Positions 34,916 to 44,112 of a stretch of DNA of 64,000 nucleotides are shown here, in pieces; positions within the stretch are counted from its first letter, which is position 1, and each line of letters opens with the position of its first letter. The position numbers and the translations under genes were made by a program. The DNA lies in NCBI GenBank assembly GCA_963797055.1, contig CAWCOD010000005.1:189995-253994 (forward strand). Direction: 5' to 3'. The DNA comes from an uncultured Holophagae bacterium. GTDB lineage: Bacteria > Acidobacteriota > Thermoanaerobaculia > Thermoanaerobaculales > Sulfomarinibacteraceae. The notes under the pieces were generated by a model. That model had not been told where the DNA came from, did no database searches, and saw only the letters and a list, made by a program, of their open reading frames with translations.

Positions 34916-37441
34916 ATGGCCGCACGACGGGACAAGATCCTGAAAGATGCCGAAAAACTTGTCCAGAAGGGCAAGATAGATCAGGCGATCAAAGAGTACG
35001 AGAAGGTCCTTAAACAGACTCCAGCCGACGCGAACACCATCAACAAGGTCGGAGATCTATACGGCCGGATCGGACAGGTCGATCGCGCGATCGAGCTGTA
35101 CGAACGCATCGCCGAGCATTTCACCCAGGACGGATTCACCACCAAGGCCATTGCCATCCTCAAGAAGATCAACCGACTGGATCCACAGCGGCTGGACATT
35201 TTCGACAAACTCGCTGAGCTCTACATCCAACAGGGCCTGGTGGTCGAGGCCAAGAATCAGTATCAGATTCTCGCCGATTGGTATTCGAAGGCCGGTGACC
35301 ACGAACGGGCTGTGGACACCCACCGCAAGCTGGTTCAACTGGATCCTGGCAATCACATGGCCCACCTCCGGCTGGCGGATCTTCTCATTCAAAAGGGAGA
35401 GGCCGAACTGGCGATCGAGGTCTATGACCGTTTGGGGCGCGTGCTGCTCGAGCGCAAGAAACTCGACGAGGCCGAACGGTTGTACCGTCATGCCCTCGAG
35501 CAGCAGCCGCCTCAGGGCGAATTCGCGGTGCCGCTGTGCGATGCCCTGCTGGAATCCGGGAGGGATGCCACCGCTCGCGAATTCCTCGACGCGGCATTCG
35601 CGATCTCGCCAAACTCCTACGCCCTCCAGTCGCTCAAGGTCAGAACCCACCTCCGCTTCGGCGAGGCTGACGAGGCGTTGGACCTCGCCAACGAGGTCGT
35701 CCAAACACGTCCCGAAGACCCCTTGGCCCGCACCCTTCTCGGCAGGGCGTTGCTGCAGATCGACAGACATGCGGAGGCGCTGGAGACCCTCGCGCCGGCT
35801 GGCGAAGACCTGGTCAAGAGCGGCGAGTTCGCGGCTGCCCAGGGAGTTGCGGACGAGTTGAGGGAGGTCTTTCCGGAGGACCGGCGGGTCCTCATCCTGA
35901 CCGTCCGCGCCTATCGCCACACGGCCGATCAAGAGAAGTTGCACGAGTTGATCATGCAGCTTGCGGATTCCCATTTCGAAGCGGGCGAGGAGGATCAGGC
36001 GCAGCGTCTCTACATGGATGTCCTTCGCGCCGACGGCAGCCATGATGCGGCCCGAAAACGACTCGCCGAACTGCAGCAGGTGGATCCCAATAAGGTCACG
36101 ATCGCGCCGGACGACAGTGAAGACGACGTCCCCGAGATCGTCGAGGTCGATGCGCCAGAGATCACCGAAGTGGCGCCCGCGGCCGACGGCGACTTCCAAC
36201 CGGAGGAGCGTCTCAACGAGGCCAAGGTCTTCGCCAAATACGGTCTGTTGGATAAGGCAGTAGCCCATCTCGAGGAGATCCTCGATCACTTACCGGATCA
36301 TATGGAAGCGCGTCAGAGTCTCATCGATCTCAACCTGGATCGCGGCGCTTCCGAGGCTGCACACGAGGCGGCTATTCCGCTTTATAAACACTACGCCGAG
36401 GTCGACAACAAGGAGGCCTTGGCCAGGCTGGTGTCGTTGATCCCCGCACTCGCTGGTGGCGCGGCCCAGACGACGACCGATCTCGAAGACGAGGTGATCA
36501 TCCTCGACCTCGACGACGAAATCGGGCCGTTGGCAGAGGTCGTGGAGGCCGCCGCCGATGGAGTCGCTGAGGACGCGGCGTTGGTCATCGACCTCGACGC
36601 CGTGGGTGTGGAGACGCACCAGGAGCCTGAGCCGGATACGATCGAGTCAGCCGAGCCGCATGTGGAACCCGAGGAGGTCGCGGCGGCCGAATCCGACGAA
36701 CCGATTCCCTTCCAAACCGATCTCGATCAACTTGATCTTTTCATCGAACAGGACCTCCACCAAGATGCCATTCGTCTCTTGGGTCAACTCGAGAGCGACT
36801 ACCCCGGGCACCCGGAGGTCATGGATCGCCGGACCCAGCTGAAAGCGAAGGGCGTCCTCCTGGAAGAGGTGGTCGCGGTGGTCAGCCAGGGCCCGGAAGA
36901 GCTCTTTGCCGACGAGGAAGAGTCCTTTATCGATTTGGCGAAAGAGCTGGAGGAGGAACTGGCCGAGGAAGAAGCCATGGTCGAAGAGGCCACCGGCCAG
37001 GGCAAGGAAGAGGCCATCCTCGAAGAGGTCTTTCGCGAGTTCCAAAAGGGCGTACAGGAACAACTTTCCGAAGAGGATTCGGATACCCATTTCAACCTCG
37101 GCATCGCCTACAAGGAGATGGGGCTTCTGCCCGAGGCGATCCGAGAGTTCCAGGTGTCGTCCCGGAATCCGGAACTTTTTGTCGAGTGCTGTTCCATGAT
37201 CGGCGTCTGTTTCATGGAGCAGGGGATGTGGACTCAGGCGGCCGAGTGGTATGAAAAGGCCCTGGGAGCCCCGAACCTCGCGCCGGAGGCGGAGCTGGCC
37301 CTGCGATATGATCTGGCGTCGTCCTTCGAGTCCGCCGGTGAACTGGAGCGGGCGGTGGACGTCTACCAGGAGGTCGTTGCGCTCAACCCGGGATACCGGG
37401 ATGTTTCCAGCCGGCTCGACCAGTTGGCCGAGAGCGGCTGA
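34916..37441 (+). CDS. TPR repeat protein (~841 aa) with a central acidic region
   Basis: ATG 34916 follows GGGAGAGG. Repeated TPR-like helices (AIKEYEKVLKQTPADANTINKVGDLYGRIGQVDRAIELYERIAEHF...), and C-terminal TPRs (HFNLGIAYKEMGLLPEAIREFQ). Confidence 0.75.
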   Translation: MAARRDKILKDAEKLVQKGKIDQAIKEYEKVLKQTPADANTINKVGDLYGRIGQVDRAIELYERIAEHFTQDGFTTKAIAILKKINRLDPQRLDIFDKLAELYIQQGLVVEAKNQYQILADWYSKAGDHERAVDTHRKLVQLDPGNHMAHLRLADLLIQKGEAELAIEVYDRLGRVLLERKKLDEAERLYRHALEQQPPQGEFAVPLCDALLESGRDATAREFLDAAFAISPNSYALQSLKVRTHLRFGEADEALDLANEVVQTRPEDPLARTLLGRALLQIDRHAEALETLAPAGEDLVKSGEFAAAQGVADELREVFPEDRRVLILTVRAYRHTADQEKLHELIMQLADSHFEAGEEDQAQRLYMDVLRADGSHDAARKRLAELQQVDPNKVTIAPDDSEDDVPEIVEVDAPEITEVAPAADGDFQPEERLNEAKVFAKYGLLDKAVAHLEEILDHLPDHMEARQSLIDLNLDRGASEAAHEAAIPLYKHYAEVDNKEALARLVSLIPALAGGAAQTTTDLEDEVIILDLDDEIGPLAEVVEAAADGVAEDAALVIDLDAVGVETHQEPEPDTIESAEPHVEPEEVAAAESDEPIPFQTDLDQLDLFIEQDLHQDAIRLLGQLESDYPGHPEVMDRRTQLKAKGVLLEEVVAVVSQGPEELFADEEESFIDLAKELEEELAEEEAMVEEATGQGKEEAILEEVFREFQKGVQEQLSEEDSDTHFNLGIAYKEMGLLPEAIREFQVSSRNPELFVECCSMIGVCFMEQGMWTQAAEWYEKALGAPNLAPEAELALRYDLASSFESAGELERAVDVYQEVVALNPGYRDVSSRLDQLAESG

Positions 37442-37445
37442 TCGT

Positions 37446-37623
37446 CCACCCTCTCCCCCAGTAAATAGAAAATTTGAATAGTAGATTAGGGGATTCATCT
37501 CTCCAGCAGGGGGGTGGCGTTCCGTACGTAACCCCGGCCCTCCGCCCACTATTCACCATTCACCCTTCCCATTCACTATGTGCCCCCGCCTCCTGCCTCT
37601 CTGCCCCCTGCCCCCTGCCCCCT
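37446..37623. repeat. Intergenic repeats: C-box, AT-rich units, G-box, (cattcac)-type and (ctgcccc)x3 arrays
   Basis: ccaccctctccccc; agtaaatagaaaatttgaatagtagatt; caggggggtgg; cactattcaccattcacccttcccattcactatg; ctgccccctgccccctgccccctg. Confidence 0.7.
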
Positions 37624-37624
37624 G

Positions 37625-38302
37625 TTATCTGTACCGGGTGACTCCAATGCGGGGACAGACATCATCGAGCGGGCACCCGGTGCATCGCGGCGACGTGGGG
37701 TGACAGCGATTCTGTCCGAATGTCACCAGCAGGTCGTTGATCGGGATCCAAAGGTCGCGTGGCAGCACGTCTTTCAGGGCCCCCTCCGTGGCGTCGGGGG
37801 AGTTGGTGGTGACCAGTCCCAAACGGTTCGAGATGCGGTGGACGTGGGTGTCGACGCAGATCGCCGGAATGCGGAATCCGAGACCGAGCACCAGATTGGC
37901 CGTCTTTCGTCCGACGCCGGGCAAGGCCAGGAGGTCGGGTTCCGACTCGGGTACGTCGCCGAGGTGCCGGTCGCAGATGATCTGACCGATGGCGCGCAGT
38001 TGCCGTGCTTTGGTGTTGTAGAAGCCGGCCGGATAGATCGCCTCCGCAATGGTGCGTTCGGGGAGTGCCGCGAGCTCCGCCGGACCAGGGGCGAGCTTCA
38101 GCAAGCGACGGCTGGCGTGATGGGTGACCTCGTCCTTGGTCCGCAACGAGATGACGCACGAGACGAGCAGCCGAAAAGGCGAGCGGGCTTTTTGCTGGAC
38201 CTCGACCAAAGTGGTGGGCCGGCAGGTCGTGCGAAACCCCTCCAGCCTCGAGACCAGATCACGGACTGCATCCTCGTTCCATGAGGCGGAACCTTCGTTC
38301 AC
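37625..38302 (-). CDS. nth: Endonuclease III (HhH-GPD DNA glycosylase/AP lyase)
   Basis: LPGVGRKTANLVL helix-hairpin-helix, CVDTHVHR, [4Fe-4S] loop CHPTSPRCTGCPLDDVC. Confidence 0.9.
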   Translation of the reverse strand: MNEGSASWNEDAVRDLVSRLEGFRTTCRPTTLVEVQQKARSPFRLLVSCVISLRTKDEVTHHASRRLLKLAPGPAELAALPERTIAEAIYPAGFYNTKARQLRAIGQIICDRHLGDVPESEPDLLALPGVGRKTANLVLGLGFRIPAICVDTHVHRISNRLGLVTTNSPDATEGALKDVLPRDLWIPINDLLVTFGQNRCHPTSPRCTGCPLDDVCPRIGVTRYR

Positions 38303-38793
38303 GTTGGGCTCCCCGGCGGATCGTCTCCCGGTTCAGCCACCACAAACCAATCCACGAGATGGTGCCGGTCGGCATCTCCTTCGGGCGGCGCCCAGGCTGC
38401 AAAATCCTTGTCCGAGACCGGGCTGTAGGGACCGGGTTTGAGCTCGAACAACACGGTCTCGGGCTCCAGTGCCGTGACCGTGTGCCAGGAGCCACCGGCA
38501 ACTTCCACAGCGATCTCGGGTCCTTCGGGCGAGATTTCGGAACGCTGGGCCACCCGTCCCCGACGATCGAATTCGAGGACAGCGGCTCGGCCGGAGATCC
38601 CCACAAAAACCTCCCACCGCGGCGGATCGGTGTGGCGGTGGGGGCGGACGTAGCTGCCGGGTTCCATGATGTTGAAGAAACGCTGGATGGGGTCATCCAG
38701 GCTGGGGTGGAGGTTGTGGTTGATCCGTCCCCGCTCGTGGCCTGCCGCCTGGATGGAAAGGGCGGCGAGAAATTCCGCTGAAACCGTCTTCAT
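38299..38793 (-). CDS. WbuC family cupin-fold metalloprotein
   Basis: IQRFFNIMEPGSYVRPHRH...GSWHTVTALEPETVLFELKPGPYSPVSDKDFAAWAPPEG. ATG 38793. 4-nt overlap with the nth start. Confidence 0.75.
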   Translation of the reverse strand: MKTVSAEFLAALSIQAAGHERGRINHNLHPSLDDPIQRFFNIMEPGSYVRPHRHTDPPRWEVFVGISGRAAVLEFDRRGRVAQRSEISPEGPEIAVEVAGGSWHTVTALEPETVLFELKPGPYSPVSDKDFAAWAPPEGDADRHHLVDWFVVAEPGDDPPGSPT

Positions 38794-38846
38794 GGACCAG
38801 TCATACCAGATCCGGACGGGGGATGCCCATCGAGGCTGAATCTCAT

Positions 38847-38875
38847 TTGACGGGTTCCTGAACGCGAGGTAACCT
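38847..38875 (+). promoter_or_regulatory. Candidate sigma70-type promoter for metK (TTGACG-17-TAACCT)
   Basis: ttgacg at 38847-38852, 17-nt spacer, taacct at 38870-38875. Confidence 0.3.
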
Positions 38876-38896
38876 TGCCAGCCGCAAGGAGGGATC

Positions 38897-40049
38897 ATGG
38901 CACCCAAAGGCACCCATGTCTTCACCTCGGAATCGGTCACCGAGGGTCATCCGGACAAGATCGCGGATCAGATTTCGGACGCTGTCCTGGATGCGGTTCT
39001 CACTGATGATCCCAACGGCCGAGTGGCCTGTGAGACCCTGGTGACCACGGGTCTGGCCTTCATTGCCGGCGAGATCAGTACCACAACCTATGTTGATTTT
39101 CCGGCTCTGGTACGGGAGACCATTCGCGAGATCGGATACACCCGCGCGAAGTTCGGATTCGATTCTGAAACCTGCGCCGTGATCTCGTCTATCGATCCTC
39201 AGTCACCGGACATCGCGCTGGGTGTGAACACCGGCGGTGCCGGCGACCAGGGTCTGATGTTCGGTTACGCCACCAACGAGACCGACGAGTTGATGCCGAT
39301 GCCGGTGATGCTCGCCCACAAGCTCACCATGCGGCTCTCCGAGGCCCGAAGACAGGGCACCATCGACTGGCTGCGTCCGGACGGCAAGAGCCAGGTTTCG
39401 GTGGAGTACGAAGGGCCAATGCCCCGCCGCATCGAGGCGATCGTGATTTCGTGCCAGCACGCCGACGAAGTGGAGACCGATGAGCTCCGGGCAGTGGTGC
39501 GAGAGGAGATCATCGACAAGGTATTGCCCCAGGAATTGATCGATGAGGCAACCAAGATCTACATCAACCCAACCGGGAGATTCGTGATCGGGGGACCCCA
39601 GGGTGACTGCGGTCTGACCGGGCGCAAGATCATCGTCGATACCTACGGTGGTGTGGGCTCCCACGGCGGTGGCGCATTCTCCGGCAAGGACCCCTCGAAG
39701 GTCGATCGTTCGGCCTCGTACATGGCGCGGCATGTGGCGAAGAACATCGTCGCGGCCGAGCTTGCGGATCGGGTGGAGGTTCAACTCGCCTACGCCATCG
39801 GCGTGGTGGATCCGGTTTCCGTGATGGTCGACTCCTTCGGCACCGGGCGGGTTGCGGATGAGACGATCACCAAGGCCGTCCGTGAGGTATTCCCGCTGTC
39901 GCCCGAACGGCATCATCGAGGACCTCGATCTCCTGCGGCCGATCTTCAAGAAGACGGCGGCGTTTGGACACTTCGGCCGGATGGACCCGGATTTTACGTG
40001 GGAACGGACCCATCGGGTCGCTGACTTGCGGTCCGCCAGCGGCGTTTGA
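38897..40049 (+). CDS. metK: S-adenosylmethionine synthetase; frame break near 39903
   Basis: [47 protein letters not shown]. After ..VREVFPLSP the conserved tail [25 protein letters not shown] lies in ORF 39852..40049. The span of 1153 nt is 3n+1. Confidence 0.88.
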
Positions 40050-40086
40050 ACGCGGGGACCGCGCGAAGGACATCGGTTTGGCTTCA

Positions 40087-41440
40087 ATGGTCTCCAGGGT
40101 GCTCGGCGAACCGGGTTCGCTGCAGCGTCAGTATTCGCTTGCCACTGCCTTGTTCGCGGTGATGGTGCTGGCGATCATTTTGCTCTACGGTCATTTCATC
40201 GCGCAGTCATTATCCCGGAGGTACCTGGAGGACGTGTTGATCACCGGCCGCGAGGAGGCGGAACGGATCGCTGATGACCTGGGTGGCGAAAGCGCCACCG
40301 AGCTTCTCGATGTGGTGGAACGGCGGCGAGAGATTCTCAGGCGAACCCTCGAGGGTCTTCCCCAGCGGGAAATCTACGAGACCGTAGAGGTTCGCGATGC
40401 CAACGGCGAGGTCAGGTACTCGTCTCAGTTCCGCGCCACCGAGGACCTTCCCGACGAAGTCGCCACCGACTTCGAACTCGGTGGGACGTTGTCGGACCAG
40501 GAGGTCACCGAAACCGAGAACAGCTATCAGTTGGTGGTTCCACTCGGCGACGTCGGGGAGGTGGTGGTCAGCGTCTCGAAGGCGCGGGTGGCAGAGCGGG
40601 TCGGCCGCCTGCGCACCGAACTCCTGTCCCGAACCGTGGCGGCCGCCGTTCTGACGGTTTTGACGCTGGTGGTGGCTTTTGTGTTGGTGTGGCATCTGAT
40701 CCAGAGGACCAGACGGCTCGAAGTCAGAAACCGCGAGGCGCAGGAACTTGCCGCGTTAGGGACCCTTGCCGCCAACCTGGCCCATGAAATCCGAAATCCC
40801 CTGAACTCCATCAATCTGAATCTCGAGTTGCTCGAGGAGGATGTGGAGGGTCAGGTTGACGGAATTGCCGCGTCTTTGGCGACGACCCGTCGCGAGGTTG
40901 GCCGGCTGGCCCGACTGGTGAGCGACTTTCTCTCCTATGCGCGACCCTCCGAACTCGATCTGGAGGAGGTTCGCGTGATCGCGGTCTTCGAAGAAGTCCT
41001 CGCATTCCTGCGCGCGGAGGCGGCCAGCCTGGGTGTTCATCTCCGGCTCGCTCCGGATATGTGAAGATGACACCATAGTGACCGATGACGGGCAGCTTCG
41101 CCAGGTTCTGCTCAACCTCGTTCTCAACGCCGTCCAGGCGGTGGCGGGGCTGGAAGCGGACCGGAGAGTGGTGGAATTGAAATCGGTTCGAACACAATCG
41201 GGATGGATCGACCTGGTAGTGCGTGACCGGGGTGACGGGGTGCCCGAGGAGGAGTCTGCCACGGGTGCGGGCCGCGTTCTACACACGCGACGCGGAGGCA
41301 CGGGCCTGGGTCTGGCCATCGCAGAACGATTTGTGACCTCCCAGGGGGGGCGAATCGACCTGGTGAACCTGGAACCGTGTGGCTTCGAAGCCCGGGTCGT
41401 CTTGCCGGACGACCCGCGCGATGTCAAGATGAGCGAGTGA
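40087..41440 (+). CDS. Sensor histidine kinase; frame break near 41060
   Basis: N-terminal TM, H-box LAANLAHEIRNPLNSI in ORF 39964..41064. The HATPase_c part (QLRQVLLNLVLNAVQA, GGTGLGLAIA) lies in ORF 41033..41440. Confidence 0.8.
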
Positions 41441-42573
41441 CGGCCCCGAGTCGGCTGTCGATACGGAGGTTTGAATGTCGACACCTTCAAGGTGGTGTAG
41501 GGTTGTTGATCGCAATGATACTGGCCGCATTGCCGGCCGCGGCGTCGTGGCAGGCTGCGGAACTGATCTACATACCGGCGGTGGCCCAGACCGAGGGTGT
41601 AGGGACAAGTGAATGGCGGACCGACCTCTACATCACCAACATGGACGATGTGGACATCGACGTCGCCATGGTCTATTTGCCGTCCGGGCTGATCGACAAC
41701 GGCTCCCGGGTGTCCGACCGGAGCACCTGGCTCGGTCCCAGGGAAGACCAGGGATTCGGCTGGGTCAACGAAGAACTGGCCGACATCCCGCCCAACGGCA
41801 CGGTGGTTTTGCGCGACGTGGTTGGGGAGTACTGGGTCGAACAGGCGGGCCTCAACGGTCTCGGAGCGATGATCGTCTTCGCCTACGAGGCCGGCACGCT
41901 CGAGGATGACGGATCACGAGTCGACGCCCTCGCCATCGCCAATGCGAGGATCTTCAACGACACGACCTTCTGGCTTCCCAACCCCGACGGCCACGGTTTC
42001 ATCGAACAGCCCGCGACCTTTGGTCAATCCATGCCTGGAGTCGCTTGGTACAACCTCGCAGATCCGGCCGCGGTGACCGACGAGGTGGATTACTCATACA
42101 TGGTTCTGGTCGCAGGCGAACAAACTCCCGGCTATCGGTTCAATCTCGGGGTGCTCAACGGGTCCGATCCGCAAACCACGATCACGATCGCGATTCAGCC
42201 CTTTCAGCCGAACGGTGAACCGTATCTGGATGAGAATGACAACCAGTTGATCACCATTCAGACCGTACCGCCGTTGGCTCACCTCCAATTCTTCCGCATC
42301 TTCAACGCAGCGTGGGGTCTCGAGATGGTCGAAGGCTCTATGGTCAAGGTGTCCTTCTTGGCGTGGGCGTCGAACAGCCCCGACCCGGTGCCAGCGTTCG
42401 TCACGTATGGATCGTTGGTCGACGATGTTTCCGGTGATCCGACCACGATCATGGGTTCATTCGCGATGCCGTACGATGTGGACTGCGTGTGGCCCGACGG
42501 GGGGGAGGGGGCAGGGACCCTGGTCGCGCCGGACCGTAGGGCGAGATATCCCTTGGAATTCCCGCCAAGATGA
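41437..42573 (+). CDS. Secreted hypothetical protein
   Basis: GTG 41437 overlaps the kinase TGA (GTGA). Signal-like GLLIAMILAALPAAASWQA. No family I recognise. Confidence 0.55.
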   Translation: MTAPSRLSIRRFECRHLQGGVGLLIAMILAALPAAASWQAAELIYIPAVAQTEGVGTSEWRTDLYITNMDDVDIDVAMVYLPSGLIDNGSRVSDRSTWLGPREDQGFGWVNEELADIPPNGTVVLRDVVGEYWVEQAGLNGLGAMIVFAYEAGTLEDDGSRVDALAIANARIFNDTTFWLPNPDGHGFIEQPATFGQSMPGVAWYNLADPAAVTDEVDYSYMVLVAGEQTPGYRFNLGVLNGSDPQTTITIAIQPFQPNGEPYLDENDNQLITIQTVPPLAHLQFFRIFNAAWGLEMVEGSMVKVSFLAWASNSPDPVPAFVTYGSLVDDVSGDPTTIMGSFAMPYDVDCVWPDGGEGAGTLVAPDRRARYPLEFPPR

Positions 42574-42593
42574 CTCCGGACTTCGCGAACAAA

Positions 42594-42621
42594 TTGACAT
42601 GGTTTGCGCCTGTGGTAGCAT
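42594..42621 (+). promoter_or_regulatory. Candidate promoter for the small ferredoxin gene (TTGACA-16-TAGCAT, TG-extended)
   Basis: ttgaca at 42594-42599, 16-nt spacer ending tgg, tagcat at 42616-42621. Confidence 0.35.
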
Positions 42622-42675
42622 CTGCCGAACGACGCGGCCGGGCGTCCGACCGTGAAAGAAAGGGAGAACAGTTCC

Positions 42676-42906
42676 ATGGCAGATGTTGACGACAAACTCG
42701 AAGACAACGTAGCAGGTAAGTACTACGTCGACTCCAGCTGCATCGACTGCGATGTGTGCCGTACTACCGCCCCCAACAACTTCGCCGCCAACGAAGACGA
42801 GGGCTATTCCTACGTGAGCAAACAGCCCGAGAACGACGACGAGATCGCTCAGGTCGACGAAGCCATCGAGAGCTGTCCCGTTGAGGCCATCGGCGACGAC
42901 GGATAG
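42676..42906 (+). CDS. Small ferredoxin (single-cluster, Fer4_13/15-like)
   Basis: KYYVDSSCIDCDVCRTTAPNNF...AIESCPVEAI. ATG 42676 follows AAGGGAGA. Confidence 0.75.
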   Translation: MADVDDKLEDNVAGKYYVDSSCIDCDVCRTTAPNNFAANEDEGYSYVSKQPENDDEIAQVDEAIESCPVEAIGDDG

Positions 42907-42929
42907 CACGAGCCCCTGACGCGATACCG

Positions 42930-42962
42930 ACGGCCGGCGCACTTCGCCGGCCGTTTTTCTTG
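42930..42962 (+). terminator. Rho-independent terminator after the ferredoxin gene
   Basis: Stem acggccggcg (42930-42939) / cgccggccgt (42945-42954), loop cactt, then tttttctt. Confidence 0.65.
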
Positions 42963-43054
42963 AACAAAGAACGAAAAACGAAGATCAAAGACCCACCCAC
43001 ACCGGGTGGCTGGGTATCCCGCCCCGCTCATCTTGGATCTTGCATTTTGTATCT

Positions 43055-43083
43055 GGGTGGGTGGGCGGGGGCTCTGCTATCAT
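43055..43083 (+). promoter_or_regulatory. G-quadruplex-type motif followed by TATCAT, upstream of trpS
   Basis: gggtgggtgggcggggg (43055-43071), ctctgc, tatcat (43078-43083). ATG at 43107. Confidence 0.3.
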
Positions 43084-43106
43084 CCGCCCGCTACAGGGAG
43101 GCTTTC

Positions 43107-44072
43107 ATGCGCGTTCTCTCGGGCGTCCAGCCGTCTGGTGCGCTGCACATTGGAAACTACTTCGGCGCCATCCGCCAGTTTATCGAGCTCCAACAAGAGC
43201 ACGAGTGCTACTACTTTATCGCCGACCTTCACGCCCTCACCACGGTTCACGACGCCGAACTCATGTCCAGACTGGTGCACGACGTGGCCGCGGGCTTTCT
43301 GGCCCTCGGACTCGATCCCGAGCGCAGCGTGCTTTACCGGCAATCGGATCTGCCGGAGATCCCGGAGCTGACCTGGTACCTGTCCACCGTCACCTCCATG
43401 GGCTTGCTCCAGCGGTGCCATTCATTCAAGGACAAAGTCGCCCAGGGCGTGATCCCCAATCACGGGCTTTTCGCCTACCCGGTGCTCATGGCCGCGGACA
43501 TCTTGATCGTCCGCTCGGACCTGGTGCCGGTTGGAAGGGACCAGAAACAGCATCTCGAGGTCACCCGGGACATCGCGCTGTCGTTCCACGCCACCTACGG
43601 CAAGGAGGTCTTCACCCTGCCCGAACCGATCATCAAGGATGAGGTGGCCGTTGTTCCAGGCCTCGATGGCCGCAAGATGAGCAAGTCATACGGCAACACC
43701 GTAGAACTCTTCGGTCCGGAGAAGGCGGTCCGCAAGGGAATCATGTCCATTACCACCGATTCGACGCCGGTTGAGAAACCCAAACCCAAGAAGGACAGCG
43801 GACTGTATGAATTGCTCAAGCTCTTTGCCCCGGCCGGGGAGAGGGAGTGGGTGGAGCGGGCCTTCGACGAGGGCGGCACCGGTTACGGCGACATGAAGAA
43901 GCGGCTATTCGAATTCTACATGGACACCTTCGGGATTGCCCGCCAGCGGTTCGAAGAACTCCAGGCCGACCCCGTCGAGGTCGAGAGGATCCTCACGGAT
44001 GGCGCGGCCACGGCCCGCGAGACCGCGGCGCCTCTGATGGACGACGTGCGGGCCGCTGTTGGCATTCGCTAA
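43107..44072 (+). CDS. trpS: Tryptophan--tRNA ligase
   Basis: SGVQPSGALHIGNYFG (HIGH-class motif), KMSKS, VGRDQKQHLE. GGGAGG lies upstream of ATG 43107. Confidence 0.92.
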   Translation: MRVLSGVQPSGALHIGNYFGAIRQFIELQQEHECYYFIADLHALTTVHDAELMSRLVHDVAAGFLALGLDPERSVLYRQSDLPEIPELTWYLSTVTSMGLLQRCHSFKDKVAQGVIPNHGLFAYPVLMAADILIVRSDLVPVGRDQKQHLEVTRDIALSFHATYGKEVFTLPEPIIKDEVAVVPGLDGRKMSKSYGNTVELFGPEKAVRKGIMSITTDSTPVEKPKPKKDSGLYELLKLFAPAGEREWVERAFDEGGTGYGDMKKRLFEFYMDTFGIARQRFEELQADPVEVERILTDGAATARETAAPLMDDVRAAVGIR

Positions 44073-44112
44073 ACCGTTAGAGGTCCAACGATAAACGTTG
44101 AACATATGACGT

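Noticed and set aside
34795-39910. Programmed ribosomal frameshifting at the breaks in rnhB, metK and the aconitase-family gene
   Set aside because: No slippery heptamer (X XXY YYZ) or downstream pseudoknot is evident at the breaks. The breaks hit essential conserved cores and are numerous, so indel error or decay is far more likely.
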